From Syncephalis fuscata S228 (lineage: Eukaryota > Fungi > Zoopagomycota), in the NCBI GenBank assembly GCA_025786725.1, contig JAHLTZ010000002.1, positions 310,001 through 374,000 on the forward strand: 64,000 bases of DNA, written 5' to 3'. The stretch's first letter is position 1. Each line of letters begins with the position of its first letter. This document shows, piece after piece, positions 52,738 through 64,000 of this stretch. Both the position numbers and the translations under genes were made by a program. Below the pieces are notes generated by a model, which searched no databases, was not told where the DNA came from, and worked only from the letters and a program-made list of their open reading frames with translations.

Positions 52738-53640
52738 GGTTGCACTTAGTTTAACTTTTCACCAATAATTGATTGTGTAAATGCCTACAGCTTATCATTT
52801 AATTCGGTGCTTTGAACATACTGGGATGATGTGGCTAGTTTTCCATAAGGAACAAAATATTGGCCGTTGTAGCCTTTCTTTCTAACTTCATCTGATGTGA
52901 TGACATAGAGGAAAGTAGCGCGCCATCCGCCGTAGAAAGGCCTGAGCAAAAGAAAAATATACTAAACAACAGATTCCAATTCAGCCAAGAGAATTATATC
53001 CGTTTCGTCCAATTTCTGACCTAACTACGCCTGGATGCAGTGAGTTGGCTAGCACGGTTGGTTTGCCATTCTTGGCTACCTCTTTGCAAAATAATTTGCT
53101 GTTAGAATGCAAGCTAATTTGGAGTGGCCATATGCCTTAATGGTGTTGTATGATTCTTATTATTAACCTTGGCTATGGTAAGTCGAATACCATTGGTATA
53201 GGTTTATTGATGCATCGTGCTTGACGTAAACACAATGTAAGAAGGCTCTTCAGCTGTGCGGCTGCTTTCAATAGTAGAAGATAAACGCTGTATAAACAGC
53301 GCTGGCCCCAAATGGTTGACGGCAAAGCGCAATTCGATACCATTGTCAGCCAGTGTAACGGTACCATCGAAATACCAGTATTATTAACAAGGATGTTGAT
53401 GCAAGGCTCGACTTCTAAAAGCTTTTTTTGCAGCAATATCCACTTGTTTAAGATTAGCAAGATTGAGATGCAAAAAGTGGATATCTGGCAGTTTAACTTA
53501 ATAGGCATGATGATGAAAAGAATAAAAGTAGTGTTTGTTTATAGCAATACAAGCATATAATATACATATATTACCATAGTTAAGTGTATCAGTGTTGTGT
53601 AATAGGCTAATATTTACTTTACTCCCCCCGCCAGGGCAGT
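52738..53640 (-). pseudogene. Decayed short-chain dehydrogenase/reductase (retinol dehydrogenase-like)
   Basis: INILVNNTGI, DNGIELRFAVNHLG, AYGHSKLA (YxxxK), LHPGVV, YNGQYFVP on minus strand, interrupted by stops and frameshifts. Confidence 0.7.
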
Positions 53641-53862
53641 AAATCTCTTTACGCAATCAATTGTAATGATTTAGATAGTTGACGAGTTGATTAGATTAAA
53701 TTGTGTTTAAATGATCATTCACAATAAATACTAATATAATATAATAAAATTATTATTTCCATAAAATAGAATTGATTAAATATAACAGAACATTGTATCA
53801 GTAATAATATTAAACATTTAAACAAAAAATGTAACATACTATTTGATTTCATTGAAACATTT

Positions 53863-54312
53863 GAGGCCAATTGTTGTTGTTGGCCATGCATAGGAAAATT
53901 GATTGAATGTTAATAGAAGCCATTGATTGCGATTCCATGCCATTCTGCATGTGTTGTTGCATCTATTTACATCATTGATTATTACGTCTGAATGGTTTCT
54001 TCTATTTTCTAATATTCTATTATTGTATTTTGGGTATATTTGTGATGTAAGATCAAGATTAATATAATTATTATAAATGTCGTTTATTAAACAGTCACTT
54101 CCCCTATAGCCAATCTGACTAAATAAATGGTATTTTTAACGATTAATATCATAATGACAATGTATATATTAAAGCAATAATGAAGATAATTAATTGATTA
54201 TATCATTGTGTTAATAATTACACATGAATTAATTAATGTTGGATGTAATATTATACATGTTATAGTAATGAAATGAGTAAATAAAAATGTGAGAGTTAAA
54301 GTACGGCGCTCC
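53863..54312 (-). mobile_element. Non-autonomous Fanzor-derived element, copy 3 (truncated)
   Basis: Near-identical to ~2919-3315; retains RMAWNRN; ends in aaatgagtaaataaaaatgtgagagttaaagtac, similar to 30461-30494. Confidence 0.8.
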
Positions 54313-54470
54313 GTGTAATAATAATAATTTTAATATATTATAGAAAAATAAAAATAATTGATCTATATAAAACATTTACAAAGATTACTAAAATATACAA
54401 GTGAATCTAAAATATAACAGCTTTATATAGTTAAGCAAACAAATTGTTTATTAATATGATTCAATTATAA

Positions 54471-56012
54471 TTAAATCTTAAGATACCATCCTCGACTATC
54501 CATAAGCATGGCCATTGGAACGTACAATAACGATACCCATACTCCAGACCATACCAAACTGTTAAGGCGCATTGGCAACCAACTAGCAAATACATACTGG
54601 AATGTAACAGACCATAGACTTCTCTCTTCTCCATTAGCACCGGGTGCAATTGGAATAGACATGACACTGGCAGCAATCAGTTCAGAGGCCATATAGATGG
54701 CGAGTGGATTCTTGCCGACAGCAAGACAAGCATTCAAAAATAGCTTCGTTGGTTTGGCTACAATAGCCGATGCACTTTCGCTTAATCGAACATAGTCAAC
54801 GACATATGTCATTGTAGCAAGTTCCATCAGTGATATTGAGCCGGCGAATAAAGTAAATGTTGGTGTCCAAAGCGGCTTGCTAATAGGAATGACTGGATTG
54901 AACAAATAAGCAATTAAAGCAAATCCAGCCGATAATAAAGACCAAGACGAGATATGCTGGAGTTGACCAAACGAGCTACGTAGCGCTGTACGAGCACCCA
55001 TCACCTGTATACCAACACGTACACCAAGATAGCAGCTTAGCACTGCAGTCACGTGTGAAAGACTGCCTTCTGGATCAAACGACTTGCCCTGGTAGTTGTG
55101 TTCTGGTCCAAAGATATGCGAATCAAAGTAGGACTCGACAGAACACTCCATATCAAAATGGCCACGACCACAGCCGGGTACATTCACACCAAACGTTAGG
55201 CCAAGCCAAATGGCAAGTGCCGTTGCGGGAAATATCGTATTAAATGCTAGATGGCGCTGGGCCCGTTTTGTGCGATGTAACATGGTTTTAACAGCGCCTT
55301 GCGTTTCGCCATCACAATCTTCAGGTTCTTCTGTCGTTGGTGGTATATCCGGCCGAAGCCATGCAAATGCACCGGCACACACAGCGTAAGCTATACCTAA
55401 GCGCTGCAACACACCGGCCGGTCGCCAATGAGACGCAATATTGGGTGTTGTAAAGGGAAAGTTTGTAATGAACATGCCAAGTAGGATTAATAACGAAGAA
55501 CGTTTCATAATACGCACAGCGACCTGCATCCCCGTGCCTTTAAGCCGACGGCCGGCCAATGGTACAGCAAGCCCCATAACAAAGAGAAAATTGGGAAAAA
55601 CGGAGTCAGCAATCGAGAAGCCAAGCCATTCAGGATGTAACAAATAGGAGAAGGCTTCATCTTCAATTTGGTAGTTCACGAGAATCATTAGGCAAACGGT
55701 AAAGCCACGCAATACATCGAGCGATACGAGTCGACCGTTACCACCATCACCGGCGGGAGGATTGGGCGCAGTTGATGGTGGTGGCAATACGGCTTCTGTG
55801 TCATCCGTCATTTCAGGATTTGTGTAATAATCATTTGTTTTTTCATTAAGAACAGTATGGTTGTTGGCTGTCTCTGATATTATGATGGTGGTGTTTTCTT
55901 GCTGTTCCGACCGCGTCACATTTTCATTAATGACTGCAGTAGCCTCAATGGATGGCGACGACGGACTAGTTGTGACGGCGGTGGTAGAGGCGGCCATCGT
56001 TGGATCAGCCAT
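54471..56012 (-). CDS. HGSNAT/NagX-like transmembrane glucosaminide N-acetyltransferase, intronless
   Basis: RLVSLDVLRGFTVCLMILVN, LLHPEWLG (catalytic His region), ADSVFPNFLFVMG, GVLQRLG, FDPEG, PISKPLWTPTF. Confidence 0.9.
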   Translation of the reverse strand: MADPTMAASTTAVTTSPSSPSIEATAVINENVTRSEQQENTTIIISETANNHTVLNEKTNDYYTNPEMTDDTEAVLPPPSTAPNPPAGDGGNGRLVSLDVLRGFTVCLMILVNYQIEDEAFSYLLHPEWLGFSIADSVFPNFLFVMGLAVPLAGRRLKGTGMQVAVRIMKRSSLLILLGMFITNFPFTTPNIASHWRPAGVLQRLGIAYAVCAGAFAWLRPDIPPTTEEPEDCDGETQGAVKTMLHRTKRAQRHLAFNTIFPATALAIWLGLTFGVNVPGCGRGHFDMECSVESYFDSHIFGPEHNYQGKSFDPEGSLSHVTAVLSCYLGVRVGIQVMGARTALRSSFGQLQHISSWSLLSAGFALIAYLFNPVIPISKPLWTPTFTLFAGSISLMELATMTYVVDYVRLSESASAIVAKPTKLFLNACLAVGKNPLAIYMASELIAASVMSIPIAPGANGEERSLWSVTFQYVFASWLPMRLNSLVWSGVWVSLLYVPMAMLMDSRGWYLKI

Positions 56013-56904
56013 AGTAAAAAATCTTTACGGTGGTTATTACAATAAGCAAGTTAGAAAAAGAATAAAATCAAGTCGTTAACTGTGTCCAAACAATTCATAC
56101 ATACGTTAGAGGAGAAAAAAAGAAAGGGGTACTTTTTCTACTTGGTAACATTAAGTAGCGGATCCTTTACAATAAATAGATGAATCCTGTGTTTTTTTTG
56201 TTGTATGTAACCCTACCAACCGGTTACTGCACTATACTACATGGCATGGGCATGTGACTGTATAGAATATTCTACAGTTGCGCAATAGATATCATTTATT
56301 AAAATTGTCCAATGCAAATAAAACGTCATGTGGGAAGAATGTGCACGGTGTCAGTAGCCTGTTTGCAGAGTCATTAAACAAAATAAGAAACATGACTGCA
56401 AAGCAGTTGAATTGTGGAGACAACAATGAATTTTATAACAACAATGCTTATTATAGTTTTTAGCTATTCTTTCTATTATATTCATTAATTTAAGGAGGAT
56501 AGAAGTGTAAAGAAATACTGATGTAAATGTCTATAATAAACAACAATGACTATAATAGTTTTCGGCTTAATACTTGCATAATAAAACATTTAATTTTGAT
56601 TACTTTACTACGTTTTTATATCAATTCCATTGCTTTATTTTACGTAAAGGCTCTACATAGCATATTAAACTCATTTGTTCTACACATACATGTACAATAC
56701 ACAATAGTTTTTTAGTTAACTATTGCTTTATTTCTAGTACCTATAAGAGTAATTGACTAAAACTTGGATTACAAAATTTATACGTTGCGTGACCATCAGG
56801 TCTATTATTGCTACACCATGAAAGTAGCAATATGAACACACGACTCTATAGAATATTCTAATGTTACGCAACCAATGTCATTTATTAGAATCGTTTAATG
56901 CAAA

Positions 56905-59119
56905 TTAAATGTCATATAGCTGTCGTGCATCCCCATCTGTATAACCTAGCAGGTAGAGCACATATTTGAGACTTTTTTGGTTAATACGTGCTCTTGCCTG
57001 TTCTTGTACGCGAGGCTTAGCATCGAATGCGATGCCTAGGCCAGCCTTGGCCAGCATCCATAAGTCATTGGCACCATCTCCCACAGCGACTACTTGGTCA
57101 AGTGACACCGATTCTGCCTGAGCAATGACTTCAAGTAGCTCAGCCTTGCGTTCCCCATTAACGATGGGTCCCACAGTCTCTCCAGTCAATGACTGGCCAT
57201 CTGGTGTCGTCTTTAGCTAATACGTCATGGTTTGCATTACCAATTAATTATCGGCATGGCTGGCCATCATTTCTAGTACTCACCTGGTTGGCAAATGCAT
57301 AATCGAGACCCAGTTCATTTTTGACAAAAGTTGCAAGTGGCATAAATCCACCTAAATAAAATGGTGTTAGATTAGAAAAGGTAAATAAATTAATATTAAA
57401 ATATCTACCAGAAATAACCGCCAACTTGAATCCAAGTCGTTTAAGTGCTCTACATAGATAGTGTGCGCCCTCTGTAAACGTCAGTTGATCTCGAACTTGT
57501 GCGAGTACTGAAGTTGGCGTGCCTTTCAGTAGTGCAACACGACGACGTAATGATTCGTTAAAATCAATCTCTCCATTCATTGCTGCCTCAGTGATAGCCT
57601 ATAATTATAATGATATATTAGCGTTTATCATTTAATTGCTACATTATTGTGACTGTTATTCAGCGCAATTACTAACCGCTACTTTGTCCATAACACCGGC
57701 ATGTCGTGCAATCTCATCGATAACCTCTTGTTGAATAAGTGTTGAATCCATATCAAATACCACAAGTCGCTTGTTTCTTCTGAATACATTATGCTGCTGT
57801 AGAGCAACATCTGTGGCGTGTTGTGTACTTAGCTGGAACAGCTTTTCACGTAGTGCAACAAGATCAACATCATTAGGTACACTGAGCTGATAGTCAGCAC
57901 AGCACACACGGCCAGCATTGAGACGGGACATCTTCTCGACGGAAATACGTTCGGCAAGTAGTAGTTTCGTCCAATCGTTAAGAAACGTTGCTGTAAGACC
58001 ATGTCGATTCAGTACAGTAGCTGCATATTTAACACGTCCAGCATAAGGTGCTTCCTCAATCGACTGAGTAATGGCTGAATGATCGCTGTTATGCGGTTCA
58101 AACTGTAATTGGGCATCCCATTGGCGTGCGGCTTCAGCCAGATCGCGGAATAGCTCGACCCGTTCATCGGTAAGCCGTAGTAGTGCAGCAAATGTTACTT
58201 GATGATAAAGACGACTCAACATGAAATCTTCAACGTCGGCCGCATAACGAGCTGCACAATCGAGTACACAGCCAATGATGTCGGTACCGTGCGGACCTGA
58301 CATAGTAACTAATATACGCTGGTGAGGCAGTTGCGACGCAGGTGGAAACCAGTTCTTGCGCTCATCGTTACCCATTCGTTCTACGATTGAGTTTGATGGC
58401 AATAGCGCATCGGCCACTTCTTCAACGGCATTTGGCACAGTTGTAGTAATTGAAGGGTCAACCGTGGCTGCAGCGACTGCTTGTTCCGCTGCTTGTACAG
58501 CTGAAATGGTGGGCGCAATAGCACTGGCCACAATGCTGGCATCATGGGCCTGATCAACTGTCGTCTTTATACTTTCCAATAAACGTTGCTTCCACGTACT
58601 TAGTGGCTGAAAACGTACAAGTGGCGTCACAGCAATACGTAATAAATAAGTTTCGCCTAAACATAGGCCCGTATAACGATCGTGCTTTTTTAATATCTTG
58701 GTAATGGCCGTGTAGTTAAGAAATGCGAATGACTCGACCTGTACAATACAACGCAACGCATCTGATGTTGTAAGCTTGTTAGCTGCAAATGCCTCGGCTG
58801 CTTTCGCCACTTGATAGCAAACATGCTCGGAAGCACGCGCCACTTCCGTATCCAATTGATGGAAGAACTGCGGTACCGTTTGCTGAAGCGTCGTTAACCT
58901 TGTGGCTAATTGCGTGCCAAATGACTCTTTAGCCAGTTCGGGCCCGTCTAGCTTGCTGTTCGCCGTATTGGTGGGCAATAGCGCGTTGAGGTGTAGCGAA
59001 CCAGGCTGCAACTTCTCTTTAATAAACCGTTTAAGATACGTATAATTGACACACGCTGCCTTCCAGCTATCTTCCGGCAGCAATTCCTTACGCTCTTCTA
59101 AATACTTTGCAAACTTCAT
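56905..59119 (-). CDS. SPX domain - tandem ACT-like - HAD phosphoserine phosphatase (SerB) fusion, 4 exons
   Basis: SPX: MKFAKYL, NYTYLKRFIK, LNYTAITKILKKHDR; ACT-like ILVTMSGPHGTDII; HAD motifs LVVFDMDSTLIQQEVIDE, VISGG, GDGANDL. Confidence 0.9.
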
Positions 59120-59578
59120 GTTCTTTAGCAGCTACAAATGAAAAAGAAAATAAAGCAACGAGAAAGTATGACTGTGCGAATCTAATAAGCTATTCCAACG
59201 CCGATTTCATATCATTTAATCTAACATCTGATTCTATTGATTAACACTTAATCGACAGTCTATTTAGCATCCCTATTTGTTTATTGCTAGCTATACAGTT
59301 AATGTTTAATAACAATATTTCCTTTATTTCTTTCTTTTAATTAGTGTTAACTAGTTATCTAATTAGCACTTGATAAAAATAACAAGTCTAATCAATCAAC
59401 GATTTATTTAATTTACTATCCACTTATTGACATATATTTAATCAATAAATGATAGTAATAAATCTTGATTCGATATTTTTATTAATACTAATCGTCATTA
59501 TTATTATTTATTGAAACATATCATCGTATTACTAGCTATTTCTACTCCCTTTGAATCTATCGACTAACTTTACAAACT

Positions 59579-61326
59579 ATGGCTACACCAGCTGCTGTAA
59601 CTGAGCCACTAAGTGTGGTTGATATTGCTCGTAATGCTCGTCTAGCTTCTACTGAATTACAATCGGTAACTGGTGCCACTAAATCACTGGCGTTGAAGCA
59701 TATTCAAGCGGCGTTGCTTAGACATAAAGCAACCATTATTGCTGCCAATCAACGCGACAAAGAAGTAGGTAGCGGTGGTGGCAGAGAAAGAATACAACCT
59801 CTAATACTAACAACGACGTATACAATAACAGCTTGCAAAGATCGAGGTGGATGCAGGTCGGTTATCGGCCTCACTATTCAAACGACTCGATATCGAAGGA
59901 ACCAATGAGGAGAAGTTTATGACTATGGTTGAAGGGGTGGCCGATGTCGATAAACTAGAGGATCCAACTGGCAAGTATAGTGTTAATGTAGAAGGGGACC
60001 AGTCAACGTATTACTAACTACTCGTCGGGTTGTAGGTCGAGTAAGTATGGCGACCAAATTGGACGACAATCTCGAATTGTATCGTGTAGCCTGTCCTGTT
60101 GGTGTTTTATTAGTTATTTTTGAGGCACGTCCTGAGGTGGCAGTTAATATTTCAGCATTGGCCATTAAGTCGGGTAAATAATAGTATTATTTAGTATTGG
60201 CACATTTATCAAATGTCTAATACAAACACTAGGTAATGCGGTAATTCTTAAGGGTGGCAAAGAGGCTACTCATACACTACAAGCACTGAATATCTGTTTA
60301 AGAGAAGCGCTTAATGACTTGCCAGCTGAACATTCCATTCCAGCGGATGCCGTCCAACTAGTATCAAAACGTGAAGAGATTGCCGAACTGTTAGATCAAG
60401 ATAAATACATTGATATGGTTATTCCTCGTGGTTCCAATTCGTTGGTTCGTCATATTCAAAATAATACACGGTAAGTGGTCATGAGTCTTGTTTACTGGTA
60501 ATTAATACTAATCCTTGGTTATAGTATTCCAGTATTGGGACATGCTGATGGACTATGTTCTATTTTTATTGATGAATCGGCCGATATCGATAAAACGATT
60601 AATGTTGTATTAGATGCTAAAGTACGTAACAGTGCACTATTGCCGTATTTAATACTTACTCTATGTATAGCTTAGCTATCCTGCTGCATGCAATTCAACT
60701 GAGACACTGCTTGTTCATGCTAAAGCTGCTGAACGTGTATTGCCGTCCTTGGGTGCGGCACTTTATGCACAGCAAGTACAATTACGTGCCGATGATACTT
60801 CACGTCGTTATTTGCCTGTACCCGGCAATCCTCAACTATTAAAACCAATTGCTGATGAAGATGATGATACGGAGTTCTTAGATGCCATTCTTGCCGTAAG
60901 AGTGGTTGGCTCATTGACCGATGCCATTTCACACATCAATACACATGGCTCAAAACATACAGATGCTATCATGACTGAGGAGAGGGCAAATGCCGAACAG
61001 TTTATGACTCAAGTGGATGCAGCAGGTGTCTACTGGAATGCATCAACTCGATTTGCCGATGGATTCCGTTATGGATTCGGTACAGAAATTGGCGTAAGTT
61101 TTGTTTTGTAAAATGTAGACCATATAGACTTATATACTATGGATAGGTAAGCACGAATAAGACACATGCTCGTGGGCCGGTTGGTTTAGAAGGACTTGTT
61201 ATTTACAAATATCGCGTTTACGGCAACGGACAGGCATCGGCCGCGTATGGCGTGGGAGAGGGCAAGCGACGCTATTTACACGATGCCATTCCATTGGAAA
61301 CATGCGAGAATCGTTTCCGTAAATAA
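59579..61326 (+). CDS. PRO2: Gamma-glutamyl phosphate reductase, multi-exon
   Basis: [81 protein letters not shown]. Confidence 0.96.
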
Positions 61327-61471
61327 GAATTGTTTATTTAACTATTGATATATTGCCAATTGAATGAATGATTTGCGCCTATTTCTAATCTACACTATAT
61401 CAATATAAATAATGGTGTCTATTTTATTTCTATTCTCTACTAAACAATTGTTCTAGTTGATATTTGCATCT

Positions 61472-64000
61472 ATGGATGAATCTAGTCTATACAAAGATAT
61501 ATGGTATATTTACAAAATGTGTTGCTATTTGTCATATTGACATTGGTATTTACTAGGCTAGCTGCCATACTTGGTACTCGATCATCGTTGCGTCGAATGG
61601 CTCGACGACACCTAGAACGAGTACAAGTGTCATGTGCTTGGTAAGACCACTTAAGCAATAGTTATTTTTACTATAAATATATACTATAGCGAATGGATAA
61701 CACAACGCATTGAAGTGACAACTCTCCGTATATCTGCTCATCTTTTATATGGCACTACATTAATTCACGACCAACAATGTGAAAAGATCTATGGTAAACA
61801 ACCAATATGGCTAATGTTGCTATTAATAATATCTATATTATAGCTGATGCACACCAGTTATCATTAAATATTAAAGATGCTCTTTTATGCAAGACATTAT
61901 CTACTTATCCATATACAACAATTGAACGAGCAAGGTAATAGTTATTAAATTAATTGATGATATTAGTTTTTTACTTTATTATAGATTCGACACTATTACC
62001 ATTTCTATGCCGACTTTTCCATTCTTCTTATTAGCATCGTATAATCATATCTATCAAGTATATATTATAACAATAATCTATAGTAATCTATAACAACTAA
62101 CGTTGGCCATTAGCCACAATGGTGTTTTATGGCTAGTCAGTCTACATTTACAAAGACTACTACCATGTATTCAAGTGAGTTTATTAATATTATACCTATG
62201 TATATTGATATATTGTGACAATAAAATAATTAGACCAAGAAAGTAGTCGCCAATTAACTATTGGAGAAACATCAGCACAAAATATGACATTTATAGAATT
62301 ATTAAATCCTGTAGAAAGTCCTGAACGCCATCGACAAATCACTTTAGGTGATGATCCAATCTGGCTTGTCTCTAATCAGGATCAAGATTATCTTAGTCTA
62401 CCCATTAATTATCCAGAAACACCGCAAGTATTACTAGGTGTGATATCAATACGCTATACTAATTAAATCATTAGTGTTGAGCTTGTTTTAGGTGAAGATG
62501 GCGAACTACATGATGTAACAAAAATATCACCTATAACACAGCCAATGATGACATCATGGCTACAACAGGAACTATCAATGCCTCGTGTAGATACAGGCCA
62601 CCAGCAATTGATTATAGATGAATTGGCCGATGTTGAGGATAATCCATTAAATCAAATGGACATATTGCCCATTGATCCTTCTTATAACTCAGTACATTTA
62701 AGTGATATTACAGAAATGCAAGTAGACCAGTCACTGTTACCACCTGCTATTGTTGAAGTGCCTCAAACTCGTCGTCGTCGTCATCGTCGTCAATCACGTA
62801 ACTGGCAATCATGGATAGATAACGATATTGAATTAAATTCTAATGAATTATCTACTTTTTATAATCCATCTCTATCTTTGAATGTCCCTACAATTAAGGG
62901 CCAACGAGTAGGTTTAATCATTATTAATAGTCATAATATTGCCATTAATATTCTTATTAGAAACAGAAATCATCTATTAGCCCATGGATATTGACACCAG
63001 CAATTCCTTGTAAGTTATTTAATATTAGTAATAACAACTATTCACGTTTATTAGTATACGCTGATGAATTACGTGTAATGTGGGAGATGAATACACAAAC
63101 AAGAGTCATACGTAGGTTACATCAATCAATAACTAATTATTCTAACTATTATGTAAGCATTAGATGATAGACCATTATCATCAACTCATAGTCCAGTTCA
63201 AAATGTATTGCCTTCTGGACTGATGCCGAACTTGGATCCTAATGAAGTAATATATGAATATACAAATACACAAGTATATAAATATCTATTTAACCATTTA
63301 CTGTTTCTAGATTGAAACTAATCTACCAGATGAACCAGAGCAGATGCGAGGCCATGAAGAAGCGGGAGCTATTGAAAATGTATTAGCATTCCCACCTAGA
63401 ATGCCATGGGATCCACAGGATACTTCTTATCCATATACTGCAACAGGTACATAGACTAATCAATGTTATAGCAATGTATTGGATATAACAACGCATTCAT
63501 ATCAATAATAGATCGTCCACGAAGACCAACTACTGTAGGTGCATGGACAACACCTTCAATGATGACCAGTGGAAAGCGGCAAGTACTAATTACTATTCCT
63601 ATATGTCACTAATACTTGCTCTACACTATAATAGTCAGTATGGTCTATCTGGTCTCTCGTGGCCAGCTAGTGGCGAAACATCTCTATCAGGCACTCGAGG
63701 ACAGCGACCATCGATGCCTGCACAACAGGTTCATCTCAGCGGTGGCAATAGCGGTTATCCACCACGATCAGGTTCAATTTCTCGCCATATGCATTTAATA
63801 GATAATGATGAAGAGTCACCGCATTTATTTCCTGGTAAGTAGCTTATATTGATTGCCAATCCATTAACTAATGAAAGTAGACGAAGAACAAGTGTGGTTT
63901 AAAACACCACGTTTATTACATCAACAAGATACAGAAAACTTTTACAGGCAAGTATAATATATTCTACTATTATTAATAAACCGCCATTGCTTATCGTTAA
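61472..64000 (+). CDS. Rad21/Rec8 kleisin family protein (probably Rec8-like), many exons, runs off the window
   Basis: Spliced N-terminus KDIW-LAAILG...RRHLERVQ and LRISAHLLYG...HDQQCEKIY resemble the Rad21_Rec8_N domain; later IDNDIEL motif; start may lie upstream (~61412). Confidence 0.65.

Noticed and set aside
54020-54040. RIP-like mutation: both Zn-finger Cys codons in copy 3 changed TGC to TAC (CpA to TpA on the + strand)
   Set aside because: Only two or three sites; the near-identical UGT duplicates show no such mutation load, and RIP is not established for this kind of fungus

Overview
Eukaryotic, gene-dense, AT-rich fungal DNA with many short (~45-75 nt) spliceosomal introns. The gene families and style suggest an early-diverging fungus (Zoopagomycota/Mucoromycota-like; inference, not confirmed). 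It holds about 26 protein-coding loci, mostly housekeeping: CUE2-like, mito uL11, VMA9, BUD32, ARMT1, mtTFB, HIS6, PPZ, SR-RRM, NDUFS1, MDM12, coactosin, NTM1, Tubby, MPDU1, TLDc, ceramidase, HGSNAT-like, PRO2 and Rec8/Rad21-like. It also holds a near-identical inverted UDP-glycosyltransferase duplication, F-box-like genes and small secreted proteins. Main hidden finding: a dispersed repeat (about 2185-3395, 29160-30503, 53863-54312, plus a lone end at 3612-3832) that the ORF track does not explain. Read across frameshifts on the minus strand, it encodes the C-terminal RuvC/zinc-finger half of a Fanzor (eukaryotic TnpB/OMEGA-type RNA-guided nuclease). It is bracketed by inverted terminal motifs and followed by a ~90-nt non-coding module present four times, a candidate omegaRNA. 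All copies here are decayed and non-autonomous. Second notable item: an SPX-ACT-ACT-phosphoserine phosphatase fusion. Many conserved genes carry single-base frameshifts that look like assembly errors, so pseudogene calls need caution. All coordinates and translations were made by eye; no searches were run.
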